From NCBI RefSeq assembly GCF_006345805.1, contig NC_043005.1, positions 47,926,001-47,990,000 on the forward strand: 64,000 nt of DNA. The letters are read 5' to 3'. Every line of letters starts with the position of its first letter. Within the stretch, counting starts at the first letter, position 1. The position numbers and the translations under genes are program-made. Below, one piece after another: positions 13,784 through 25,437 of the stretch. Origin of the DNA: Octopus sinensis. Lineage: Eukaryota. The notes beneath the pieces are model-generated. The model did no database searches. It was not told where the DNA came from and saw only the letters and a program-made list of their open reading frames with translations.

Positions 13784-14121
13784 TGTGAGGGCATATGGCT
13801 CAGTGGTTAGAGCATCGAGCTCACAATCATGAAGTAATGAGTTCAATTCCCAGACAGGGCTGTATTAAGTTCTTGAGCAAGACACCTTATTTCACGTTGC
13901 TCCAGTTCATTCAGTTATAGAAATGAGTTGCGACGTCACTGGTGCCAACCTGTATCGGCCTTTGCCTTTCCCTTGGATAACATCGGTGGTGTGGAGAGGG
14001 GAAGCTGGTATGCATGGGCAACTGCTGGTCTTCCACAAACACCCTTGCTTGGACTTGTACCTTGGAGAGTAACTTTCCGGGTGCAATCCCATGGTCCATC
14101 ATGACTGAAAGTGGGGTCTTC
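13784..14121 (+). mobile_element. tRNA-headed SINE (body X, tail T4); second copy at 48364-48697 (-), tail fragment at 378-445
   Basis: A box GGCTCAGTGGTTAGAG, B box GAGTTCAATTCCC, body ttgagcaagacac...ttgctccagt, tail cccttggataacatc...gcaatcccatggtc. Confidence 0.85.
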
Positions 14122-14539
14122 TTGATGGTTTGTAGAGTTAGCATGATGGAATTCACAGTGTTAGTGTCACTGTTCAGATGGAGCGGGTTAGTACATTAAG
14201 GATGATGGAATCCGGGCTAACTACTATTGAGGATAGAAGCACTGAGTTTATTACTATAAGTCTTAATGGTATTCACAACGAGCTTATGGTTACTTAGATT
14301 ATTAGTATCAATAAGGCAGTGAGCTGGCAGAATCATTAGCACATCAGGCAAAATGCTTAGTGGCATTTCACCCCTCTTTATGGTCTGAGTTAAAATTCCT
14401 TTCAGGGTCGATAAATTAAGTACTAGTGAAACACTGGCATTGATGTAGTCAACTAGTCCCCTCACCACCAAATTTCAGGCTTATTAGGATAAATAGTAGC
14501 ATTCACCACATTATAGGTATTATTAGATATGGTAGTAGT

Positions 14540-15350
14540 TATTGGAAACTTTACATTCAGGTTAACAGTTATAGGCCTTTAAGGGTGATGGCTAGCAGAG
14601 TTGTGACGGTTCATATTCGCTGTACAATAGTCCTTGAGGTTGACGTGATTATGAGGAGTATTGGTAGTGTCTAGGCATCTGTTAAAGCTATAAGTAGGGT
14701 GATCGAGTTACAAGAGATTCCAAGGTGTGAATTCTCGGGGCTCCTTTCTAGAGATCTGAGCTTGCTTCTGTCTGAAGTAGAGATAACTGGCCCCAGGTTT
14801 GGTCGGGTGGAATAAGAAAGTTTAACAGTGGATTGATTAAATATGGCAGATGTTAGAGTGGGAAGCTGGAGTTCCAATTGTTAAAGAAGAGTTTTGGGAG
14901 AGATTTAATCTGCATAGTGAATGAAAACGTGGGCTACGAGATATTGCATTTCATGCTTTTAGAATTGTGAGTACTGTGTAAGGTTGCAGTGTTTAGCCTG
15001 TAGTGATTAGATGTGGGCCATCTCTAGGTTGACTGAGTTACAGAGTTAATATACTCTGTCAGTAGCAGAAGTAGTGTGCTATATGGTGTTAGTAGAAGTA
15101 AGTTTAGAGGGATACTTATTGCTACAATGGGTTAATAGTTCTAATTTGATTTTCATTCTAGTATTGATGATATAGGAAATCTCAGAAAATCCACTAGTAG
15201 TTTGGGCATAGTTGTCATAGGGAATATGATTGCTAAAAATGTCTTCATTAGTGGAGTGGTTAGAGATCCTAATGGAAATGCCTTTGATAATGCTATTTGA
15301 AATAGATTTAGATGTTATTATATTGTAACGATTCATAGGGCTTATGAGAA
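14540..15350 (-). mobile_element. Penelope-like element remnant: RT thumb/linker region
   Basis: Minus-strand peptides SIIKGISIRISNHSTNEDIFSNHIPY and AIFNQSTVKLSYSTRPN resemble the PLE motifs SIIKxIPxxIxKRLSxxSSxEEIF and IFNRNTVKVSYSCxxN. The region is frameshifted. Confidence 0.75.
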
Positions 15351-16936
15351 GAATAATAAAGAATACATTCTAAATTACTTTTCTGTTTTTATGTATAGGA
15401 GTTTTTGTCACCAAGCATTGCAAGAGTTTGTGTTTCTAAATTGTTATGCATGGAAGAATTTGGTGGGAAAGATCTCCCCATTTTTTGTGTAATTTTACTG
15501 GAAGCTCAATGCCAATGAATTCACCATTTTCTAAAATATTTCTAGGTCCTTTTGCTTATTTTTAAAAATATTTCAAACCCTAAGTAAACATTTCTGTCTG
15601 CAGAGTATCTGAGAAAATTTTATATTTCTGATTATTTCAAACTCTAAGGAATGTAGACCATTATACTGAATCACACCTAAAATAGGCTGAGCAGTGTTTT
15701 CATGTTTTCTGATATTCAAAGATTTAGTATTTTCTGGCTTTTTGAAAAATATATCTGGTTCTTCAAGGACACTTTATCCTCCTTATACTCTGTGGGATTG
15801 GTCTACATTCACTTCTAGTTAATGCTGATGAAAGAATATACTGTTCAAGAAATGAGATTATAAAAATCACTTGATTTTTTTTATTAGCTTCTGCTTCTTG
15901 CATTTTTCTATTATTTCTAGCATTTGTTGCACTAGTTACATAATAAAGAATTCTGCCATTTGTAGACTCAAAAGAAATTATTCCCCCAAAAAGATAATTG
16001 CATTCTTTGATGCTTATGGGAAAATATCTCGCACTAAACACTTTAGTTTCTGATGTTTGTACCAATTGATTCCTCAATTAATAACAAGTATTTTTAGACT
16101 CATGCATTTTGTTTTGAGTTCGCTTAATCTTATTATTTGATCAATTTGGTAATTTAGCAATTGGATACAAAAATAACAAGCTGCATATACCCGATATGCA
16201 GTTCCAAATTTTTGCAAGTCTGTATTTTATGTATAAGCCTTCATAAATGTGTTTGAGATTAGACTTACAAATGCACAGCAATTATCATACTTTTTGTTTT
16301 ACTGATTTCCCATGATCATTTAGAGTAGCTAAACACACATGTTTGCTGTTACATAATTACAGGACTTGCATATAGCTTCATAATTATTTCTCATATACTT
16401 TTGGAACCTTTTGTAAAGCAAAGTGGTTTAAAGAACTGCAGAGTCTTTTTTAGTGACATGAGCTGGTTATTCTCGAGCCTGTGCTTTCTCTGTGCCCCAA
16501 TCGATATACTTGTTGACAACTTAACAACTTATAGGCCTTGATTACAGATTAAAAACAGAAGAGCCCTGATTAATAGCCTGACATTATGCAAACAATATAT
16601 CATGTCTACGGGGACAACTTTGACCAGAAGTCTACAGAATCAGGGATGACTTGAGAATAAATAAGAAATTCCAACATAGTGCTAGATGTGTCAGATTGTA
16701 CAAAAGCTCTGATGTGGAATACATTCTTGAGAAAACTTGAGCAAACATAAATTGATGACTATTACTTTTACAAAGGATCGTTTTTCAAATAGCAACCACT
16801 TAGAGGTCCCTTGTTTGTATATGTTGGACTTTAATTTTAGTCAAGAGTTCTTTTGTTAACATAAGCACTGAATGGTCTGTTAAAATGTTTACAATCAAGC
16901 AAGTGTCTTTGTACTTTAGTATTCAATGTTGAAACT

Positions 16937-16970
<34 letters not shown>

Positions 16971-17081
16971 TATCATCATCATCATCGTTAAACGAGTTGT
17001 TTGAATTTAGGTTTATGTATACACATGTATTAATAGCATTAATTGTAGTTTTAAATTTTTTATCATTATTATTTTAACTTA

Positions 17082-17787
17082 CGAGGGGCGTTCAATAAGT
17101 AATGCCCCTGACCCACTTGCAGTCTAGCTGAAATTTTGCATGTGCACTTATTTATACCTCTATAGATTAAGTGGCGAATTACAGCTCTGAGCTAATCGTG
17201 GTTTCTGATTTACAGGTGTTTGAACTGAGTCAAGTGTGAAATGGAGCCTGTTCAGTGTCGAGCAGTGATCTGGTTTTTGTATTTGAAAGGACGCACACCA
17301 CGGGAGACTTTTGATGAAATAAAAGTAACTTATGGTGATGATGCCCCATCATATGACCTTTTAAAACGCTGGCATTGTGAATTCAAACATAGTCGGAACT
17401 CTGTGGAAGATCAGCAAAGGCATCCTCCTCCTGCAGGACAACGCTCCGGTCCACAACTCGCGTGTCGCCAGATCAGAAGCACAGGCATGCAGCTATGAAA
17501 TCCTCCCTTTGCACCCTCTGATTTTCACCTCTTCCCAGCCATGAAGTTGATTTTGAAAGGAAAGCGTTTCCCAGATGATGCAGCCTTGATTTCTGAAGTC
17601 ATGTCGTGGTTGGAGGACCAAGCTGGGATCTTCTACAAAAACGGTCTCCAGAGCTGTATCAAACGATGGGAGAAATGCATAACTCTGGGTAGTTCCTATG
17701 TAGGGAAAGACTAATAACTGTGCCAAGTGTCGTTGCTCTACTACTATGGGAAGTGGGTCAGGGGCATTACTTATTGAACGCCCCTCG
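17082..17787 (+). mobile_element. Internally deleted mariner-type transposon with intact TIRs
   Basis: TIR cgaggggcgttcaataagtaatgcccctgacccactt at both ends and a TA target duplication. The N-terminal HTH (MEPVQCRAVIWFLYLKG...) is fused to the C-terminal LLQDNAPVH...KRWEKCI. Confidence 0.95.
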
Positions 17788-18427
17788 TATCTATTGTCTT
17801 TTTAAATTGATATTTGCTAGATTTATTATTCCCATTGATAAATATATTTATAGTATTTATTTGATATTATATAACTACGAATTGATTATTTCTTTAAGTA
17901 TTTTAAATATAAGATTTCTGAAAGTTATCATTTAGCCAACGAGATATAAAGATAGTTAATTTGATATAGCGTTCGTATAAGATTGTTTGTTTGTTTTTTT
18001 GAAATTAGCTATTTCATCTTTAAATATAAAAAATTAATTTATTAGGTCTTTATTATGTGTGCATATATATATTTATAGAGATTATTTTAGATCTTAATTA
18101 TAATATTTATATACATTTATATATTTTCATTGATAATTTATATATTATTTGAATTTTATATTTTTAATAATATAATAGTTTTTTTGTAAAATATTTATGT
18201 AATTAGATATTGACTATTACTGATATTAGATTATTGGTGGGTGTCTTACCTTAAAAATTAATACTTAAAAATTAAAATTAATATTTAACATTATAATTGA
18301 TGTTTTGATTTAATCATAATCGTTAAGTTTCTAGTTTGATAATAGAGTTTTTTATAAGTAAAATTATTATATTATTTATTTCTTAAAAATATGGTTTAAA
18401 TATTTCTGTTTACTTATTAAAATATTA

Positions 18428-18530
18428 CAATTAACCTGAAGATTGACTGTAACCATAATTCGAATTATTAATTGAATTTAAATTATTGTTATTCGAATTG
18501 GTTACGGGCATGAAACGATCGTAGTCTTTT
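18428..18530 (+). ncRNA. Minimal type I hammerhead ribozyme motif
   Basis: CTGAAGA (18436-42), long stem II (tgactgtaacc/ggttacgggca and aattcgaat/attcgaatt), then GAAA-C-GATC-GTA (18512-23). Stem I pairing is poor. Confidence 0.6.
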
Positions 18531-18821
18531 TACTCTTTATCTTATATTAAACTTTTAATACTTTTTGATAGTTATATAATTTACAAAGAAAAAAATAAAT
18601 AAAATAATATATATATATATATATATATATATTTAAAATTCATAAGTTAAAATTATTTAAATAATTTTAAAAAATTTTTACTTTAATTTAAATATTTTAA
18701 TTTGGAATTCTATATTTTATATTTTTTATATTTATATTTAATATTTTTTTAATTAATTTTTTCTATGTATTGGCTTATGATTTTCACTGTTTGATTTGCC
18801 TAATAGTGGTTTTATCTCTAA

Positions 18822-18914
<93 letters not shown>

Positions 18915-19479
18915 ATATGTGTGTGTATATGTGTGCATATGTGCATATGTATATATATGTGTATGTATATATATATAAGATAAAACTTACTTGGAAAAGA
19001 TGCATGACATTCGATCATATAATAATATAAATAATATATAAATATATGCATATATACATACATATATGTACATACCTACATATATATGTATATATACATG
19101 CATATATGGGTACAGGACATCAAAAAAACGTTGAACGCAATATAATATATATATCTTTATATATAATATATATATATATATATTATATATATATATATTA
19201 TATATATATATATACATATTAAATTAGAGATAAAACTACTATTCGGCAAATCAAACAGTAAAAATCATAAACCAAAACATAGAAATAACATTAATTAATG
19301 AAAAATATATAAAAATAAAATTCAAAATTTAAATTATTTAAATTTAAAGTTTATAATTTTAAAAATTATTGAAATTTATAATTTATACTTATAAATTTAT
19401 ATATATATATATATATATTTTATTATTATTAATTTTTTTTAAATATAATTATTAAAAGTTTAATATAAGATAAAGAGTA

Positions 19480-19582
19480 AAACCACTACGATCGTTTCAT
19501 GCCCATAAACCAATTCGAATAACAATAATTTAAATTCAATTGATAATTCGAATTATGGTTATAGTCAATCTTCAGGTTAATT
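19480..19582 (-). ncRNA. Minimal type I hammerhead ribozyme motif (inverted copy)
   Basis: The reverse complement reads aattaacCTGAAGAttgactataacc...ggtttatgggcatGAAACGATCGTAgtggtt, with the core boxes intact. Confidence 0.6.
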
Positions 19583-20453
19583 ATAATATTTAAACAATAT
19601 TTTTTAAGAAATAAATAAAATAATAATTTTTCTTATAAAAAACTCTATTATCAACTAGAAACTTAACAATTATGATTATGTCATACAATCGATTATAATG
19701 TTAAATATGAATTTTTAAGTATTAATTTTTAAGGTAAGAAACGCACAAATAAACTAATATCAGTTATAGTCAATATCTAATTTTTTTTTATGTAAAATAT
19801 TTATGTAATTAGATATTGACTATAACTGATATTAGATTATTTGTGTGTTTCTTACCTTAAAAATTAATCATAATCGTTAAGTTTCTAGTTTGATAATAGA
19901 GTTTTTATAAGAAAAATTATTATTTTATTTATTTCTTAAAAAATATTGTTTAAATATTTCTGATTATTTATTTAAATATTTTAATTAACCCGACGATTGA
20001 CTATAACCATAATTCGAATTATTAATTGAATTTAAATTATTGTTATTAGAATTGGTTTATGGGCATGAAACGATCATAGTGGTTTTACTCTTTATCTTAT
20101 ATTAAACTTTTAATACTTTTTGATAGCTATATTAAAAAAAAAATAATAATAATAATGATAATATATATTATATATTATATATATATATATATATTAAATT
20201 TATAAGTATAAATTATTAATTTAAATATTTTTAAAATTTTAACTTTAAATTTAAATAATTTAAATTTTGAATTTTATATTTTATATATTTTTTATTAATT
20301 AATTTTATTTCTATGTATTGGTTTATGATTTTCACTGTTTGATTAGCTGAATAGTGGTTTTATCTCTAATTTAATATATACATTTATACTATAAAATTAG
20401 ATTTAATCCTAAAGCTAATTTTTCCCTGTAAGTTTGGATTTACTCCCTAATAT

Positions 20454-20486
<33 letters not shown>

Positions 20487-20511
20487 ATGTATATATATAT
20501 ATATACATACA

Positions 20512-20741
20512 AGGCAGCGAGCTGGCAGAAACGTTAGCACGCCAGGCGAAATGCGTAGCCGTATTTCGTCTGCCGTTACGTTCTAAGTTCAAATTCCGAC
20601 GAGGTTGACTTTACCTTTCATCCTTTCGGGGTCGATAAATCAAGTACCAGTTACGCACTGGGGTCGATGTAATCGACTTAATCCGTATGTCTGTCCTTGT
20701 TTGTTCCCTCTGTGTTTAGCCTCTTGTGGGTAGTAAAGAAA
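20512..20741 (+). mobile_element. SINE family B, well-preserved copy (other copies near 14322, 26600, 27225, 28098, 28378, 48905, 51330, 53730, 61000, 62385, 62545)
   Basis: ggcagcgagctggcagaaacgttagcacgcc...gttcaaattcc...cctttcatcctttcggggtcgataaa...agtaccag recurs more than ten times in the window. Confidence 0.85.
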
Positions 20742-20869
20742 TATATATATATGAATATATATCTTTATATATATATAGGAGGCAATGGGTAAATTGTCAT
20801 CATTTTACATCTTTAATTTTGTGCATGCATATTGTTTGTTTTTAATTTTGTCCACTACACAGTATAGTA

Positions 20870-21596
20870 GAGTCAGTTGGACATCATCTGTGAGCAAAAC
20901 AGCACTACAACAAAATTCACTCTGCCAGAAATTTGGAAATGACATGCTGTACTGCTTGGCATATGCACTAGAAGTTCCAATATGAACATTTCAGAGTGTT
21001 TGGGTGTCAATCTGATGACATATACCGGGAGTGATAAAAATCAAGTCATCCAGTCAACATTATGGTGTTTGGAGTGATCATCTTCCCACATGTACTCAGA
21101 CTCAACACAGAGGCCTACATTAAGTGCCTGGTGGAAGTACTGTTGCTGTAGGTCAAGAGGGTGGCAGCTGGAACACTATATCGCTAGCAACAGGACTCTG
21201 CACCATGCCACAAAAGCAGGAGAATCCAGTCGTGGCTGTCAGAAAAATTTCTGTGACCACATCAACTTTAACATCTGGTCACCTAACTCCCCACACTGCA
21301 ACCCCTTTGAGCAAGAGACCAACAAAACACCACGTAGCATCAAAGATGAACTGAAGGCAAGGATTATGGCAGCATTCACCAACTTAAACAAGGAGACCAT
21401 CCAGAATAGTTGCAGGAGATTCTGAAGTCATCTGCAAGCTATGGTTGAAGCCAATGGCGATTTTATTGAATAAATTTACTGTTTAGTATTTCAAGATATT
21501 TTTATGTAATTTTGGTAAATATATCTGTTAAAATGAGATGTCAGTGTTATTTTCATTTTTGTGTAATTTAGATGACAGTTTATTCACCGCACCCTG
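20870..21596 (+). mobile_element. Tc1/mariner superfamily remnant (maT/DD37D-like), right TIR retained
   Basis: Peptides VNIMVFGVI, QQDSAPCH, IWSPNSPHCNP and EAMVEANGDFIE across frameshifts. The right end is gacagtttattcaccgcaccctg-TA. Confidence 0.8.
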
Positions 21597-22483
21597 TATA
21601 TGTATGTATATGTATACATCTGTGTGCATGTCTTTGTATCTGTGTCTGTTACCTCATACCACTCAACAGCTGGTATTTGTGTGGTTATGAGAGACCAACA
21701 GAATAAGTACTTGGCTTAAAATATATATATATATATATAATATATATATATATATATAAGTCCGGGGTTCAATTTGTTCAACTGGTGCTTCAGCATGGCC
21801 GCAGTCAACTAGCTGAAACAAATAAACAGGTAAAAGAATGTTGTGTCTGTCAGTCATGGTTGACCATGTAGCTATTCGTCAAACATGTATGCACAAGCTT
21901 GGTTCTTTTATGAAAGGTTAGCGACTGCTTCTGTATACAAGTGTCCCCATTCCATGCCAATGATACATCCTTGAAAAAAGGGTTGTAAGGTCAAGCATGA
22001 GCCAATATTGTTGAAGGCATTTTTGTAAGAACACAAATTGGTAGAATAATTACTGCAAGGCATCCAATCCATCTTTCTAACAATTTTGTTAATCAATCAC
22101 CATGGATCGAAACTTTCTTTTACCAGCTGCTGAAAATCTCAAAGGTAAAGTTGATGTGGTAGGATTTGAACTCAGAAAATAGGAAGAAATACTGTGAGGC
22201 ACCCTATCTGAAACTCTAACAACTTGTTTCTAGTATATATGTAGATATAGTTATAGATCTATGCATATATATATAACCAGACAGACAGATAGATAGATAG
22301 ATTGATAGATAGAGAAAGAGAGAGAGAGAGAAAGAAAGAGGTAGAGAGGTAGATAGATAGATGTACATACACATATATACATACATGCACATACCACATT
22401 CATATATATATACATATATATATATACATATATATATACACATAGATATATATACATATATATAAATATATATATACACATAG

Positions 22484-22516
<33 letters not shown>

Positions 22517-22612
22517 TATATAGGTATACATATATATATGTATATATACATGCACACATACATAGATATACATATATGTGTGTGTACATAATATATATAT
22601 ATGCATACATAC

Positions 22613-22643
<31 letters not shown>

Positions 22644-22649
22644 TGTATG

Positions 22650-22701
<52 letters not shown>

Positions 22702-24299
22702 TGTATGTATGTATGTATTTATTGTGTATATAGATATCTGTTTGTATTAGTGCATACTTCCCTGTGTGTGTAAAATAAATGTGTGTAAGCGAACACAAAG
22801 AAAGAATTGTTTTTCGGAGAATTAAGTATCTTTCTCTTCTGAAACTAGATGTTGTGGAAAACTGTTGGATGTCAGAATATATATGATAAACTGCCAGGGG
22901 ATATGTTCAAAGGTCTGTGAATTATACAATAATAAAATATACATTGACCTGCTTCAATAATTAAGCTTATTTTATCAGCAGAAACTTTCCACACACCATG
23001 TAGGATTATCACGAATAGTTAAGGTCATGTTTGGCAGATATTCAGTATGGTTTGTAGAAGCATCAGGAATACTGTCAAATCTCTTGATAGCATTCTGTTT
23101 ATCAAAATCTGTCTCTCATAGGATGATGAAAGCATTGCCTAAGTAGATGGGAAAATGCAAAAGATTTTTGGCATTTCTTGTGGATCTGTTTCAAATATCT
23201 TCTTAGCATATATTTACATTTTGAGAATTTGTTTTGCACTTCAAATACAATCTGGAAAGAATACAACTTGAAATATCAAAAGCTTTAATTATTGTCTATA
23301 TTGGTTTGTTCTATGGAGATAGCATTCTATTGTTCTATTGTGCTTTTGCTAAAATAGTTTTTAAAATCATAGATAGGCAGGTCTCTGTTGAAGTAATAGC
23401 ATAAAGCTCACGCAGTGACATCACTTTATTTAAATGGCATGTAATTTGGGTACCATTTGAGATTACAGTTCAGGGGCAGCAATGACAAAAATCTGTTTTG
23501 CATATAGTTTATGTCCTGACCACCTCACCTCTATATCTATTTATCTCTCTCTCACTCTCTCTCTATCTCTCTGTTGGAGGGCTCATAAAATAAACTTGCT
23601 GAAAGATCTTAATATATTCAACAATGAAAAATTATAACACATGCTCATAGAGTCACTGTCGCACACAGACATATATATATATATATATATATATATAAGA
23701 TATATATATATAAGAAATATAATAGATATATATATATATATTATATTTTACAGTTCTGCATTGATATTTTCATGTAAATCTTGCTAAGATGATTTTTCAA
23801 AATATTTGCATTTACATTATAGTTGAAGCAATTGTTATTCTAGCGATAATCTTTTAACAATGTAAGGAGAGAATAAATTATTTTGAAGTTAGAGAATATT
23901 GCTTCCATACATAGCCATACAAGTTCATATATATATATATATATATGCATGTGTGTGTGTTTATGTGTGTGTGTGTAAGTATGTACGTATAATATAACAG
24001 TACTTAAATATATCGATAATGTATTTTATAAAATGTAACCATTATCTGGTACAGAACTCAATACACTATGTAGAGTGGATAGATCTTTTATTTGTTTCAG
24101 TCATTAGACTGCAGCCATGCTGGGGCATACTGCTTTGAAGAAATTTTAATTGAATGAACTGACACCACTACTAATTTTTTAAACCTGCTACTTACCTTAT
24201 TGATCTCTTTTGCCACACCACTAAGTTATAGTAACTTAAACACACCAATACCATTTGCTAAGAGGTGGAAGGGAGCAAAGACACACTCATGGTGCTGGT

Positions 24300-24645
24300 G
24301 CTACGTGGCACCTTGGGCAAGTGTCTTCTACTATAGCCTCAAGCCGACCAAAGCCTTGTGACTGGATTTGGTAGACAGAAACTGAAAAGAAGCCTGTCGT
24401 ATATATGTATATATGTGTGTGTGTGGGGGGGTTTGTGTGTCTGTGTTTGTGCCCCCAACATCGCTCGACAACCAATGCTGGTGTGTTTACGTCCCCGTAA
24501 CTTAGTGGTTCGGCAAAAGAGACCGATAGAGTAAGTACTAGGCTTAAAAAAGAATAAGTCCTGGGGTCAATTTGCTCAGCTAAAGGCGGTGCACCAGCAT
24601 GGCCACAGTCAAATGACTGGAACAAGTGAAAGAGTAAAAGAGAGC
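24300..24645 (+). mobile_element. SINE family A, head-truncated (other partial copies near 5060, 21610, 26380, 32215, 33100, 35620, 58740)
   Basis: gtggcaccttgggcaagtgtcttctactatagcc...gtcaaatgactggaacaagt is collinear with the reverse complement of 49406-49781. Confidence 0.85.
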
Positions 24646-25401
24646 CAGAGCAAATATCACAAGACACTTTGTCTGATGCTCTACTACTTCTGCCAGTCCA
24701 CCTAAAGGATATAAATAATATCCTTGGAAATTTAACACGGATCTATGGGACAACTTCTACATCATCACTTGATCTGCTAATTTCAGATGCTAAATTTCTC
24801 ATTACAGATATTCATATAGGAAATGGTCTGTAAAATGAGTTCCAAAATGTATTAGAAATCACTAACAAATAGTATTGGAACAGATAGATATTGGATTGCT
24901 AGTTCTTTCAGTTAAGAAGAAAAGAGACTAGAAATGTGTGTGAAGTTATATCTGAGAATGTTGGATCCCTCAAGACTAATCCTCCTCCTCCTGCTGCTGC
25001 TGCCGCTGCTGCTACTGCTGCTGCTGTTGTTGTTGTTGTTTACCTTCAGATCTTCCATGAATGAACAAACCTATGACCAAAAGCATTTCATTTGTAACCA
25101 TCCTTTGTTTTTCTTTAGTGCATATAAACATAAGGGAGATTTTTTAAAAAATTCTTCTTTTCTTTAACTGATTCCAGTCACTGGACTGTGGCCATATTGG
25201 GGCACCAGCCCCAAAGGTTTTTTTGTCAATGATATTGACTCCAGTAGTTATTTCGATCTGATACCTATTTTTTCAATCTCTGATGTTGAGCAGTTCAGCT
25301 TCAGGAAAGAAATGTACACAGCAGAAACAACAATACTGGAATATAAATTAATAAACATAAATGCAGGCACACATACATTCATGCACATCCACCTCACTCC
25401 A

Positions 25402-25437
<36 letters not shown>

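Larger units (their letters stand above)
18180..20390. mobile_element. Three copies (+,-,+) of an AT-rich ~600 bp repeat, probably PLE terminal repeats: 18180-18835, 19215-19785, 19790-20390
   Basis: Shared anchors agatattgacta, aagtttctagt, ggcatgaaacgatc and tagt(g/a)gttttatctctaatttaata occur in direct, inverted and direct order. Confidence 0.85.

Noticed and set aside
16500-16800. Faint RT-like words (YRP, D.TKA.D)
   Set aside because: Too degenerate to support a call by eye.
21180-21330. Apparent DD37E spacing (QQD...NPFE)
   Set aside because: The conserved YYVW-type helix after the third catalytic residue is missing, which points to a small deletion creating the E. The family is more likely DD37D, but this cannot be resolved from this copy.
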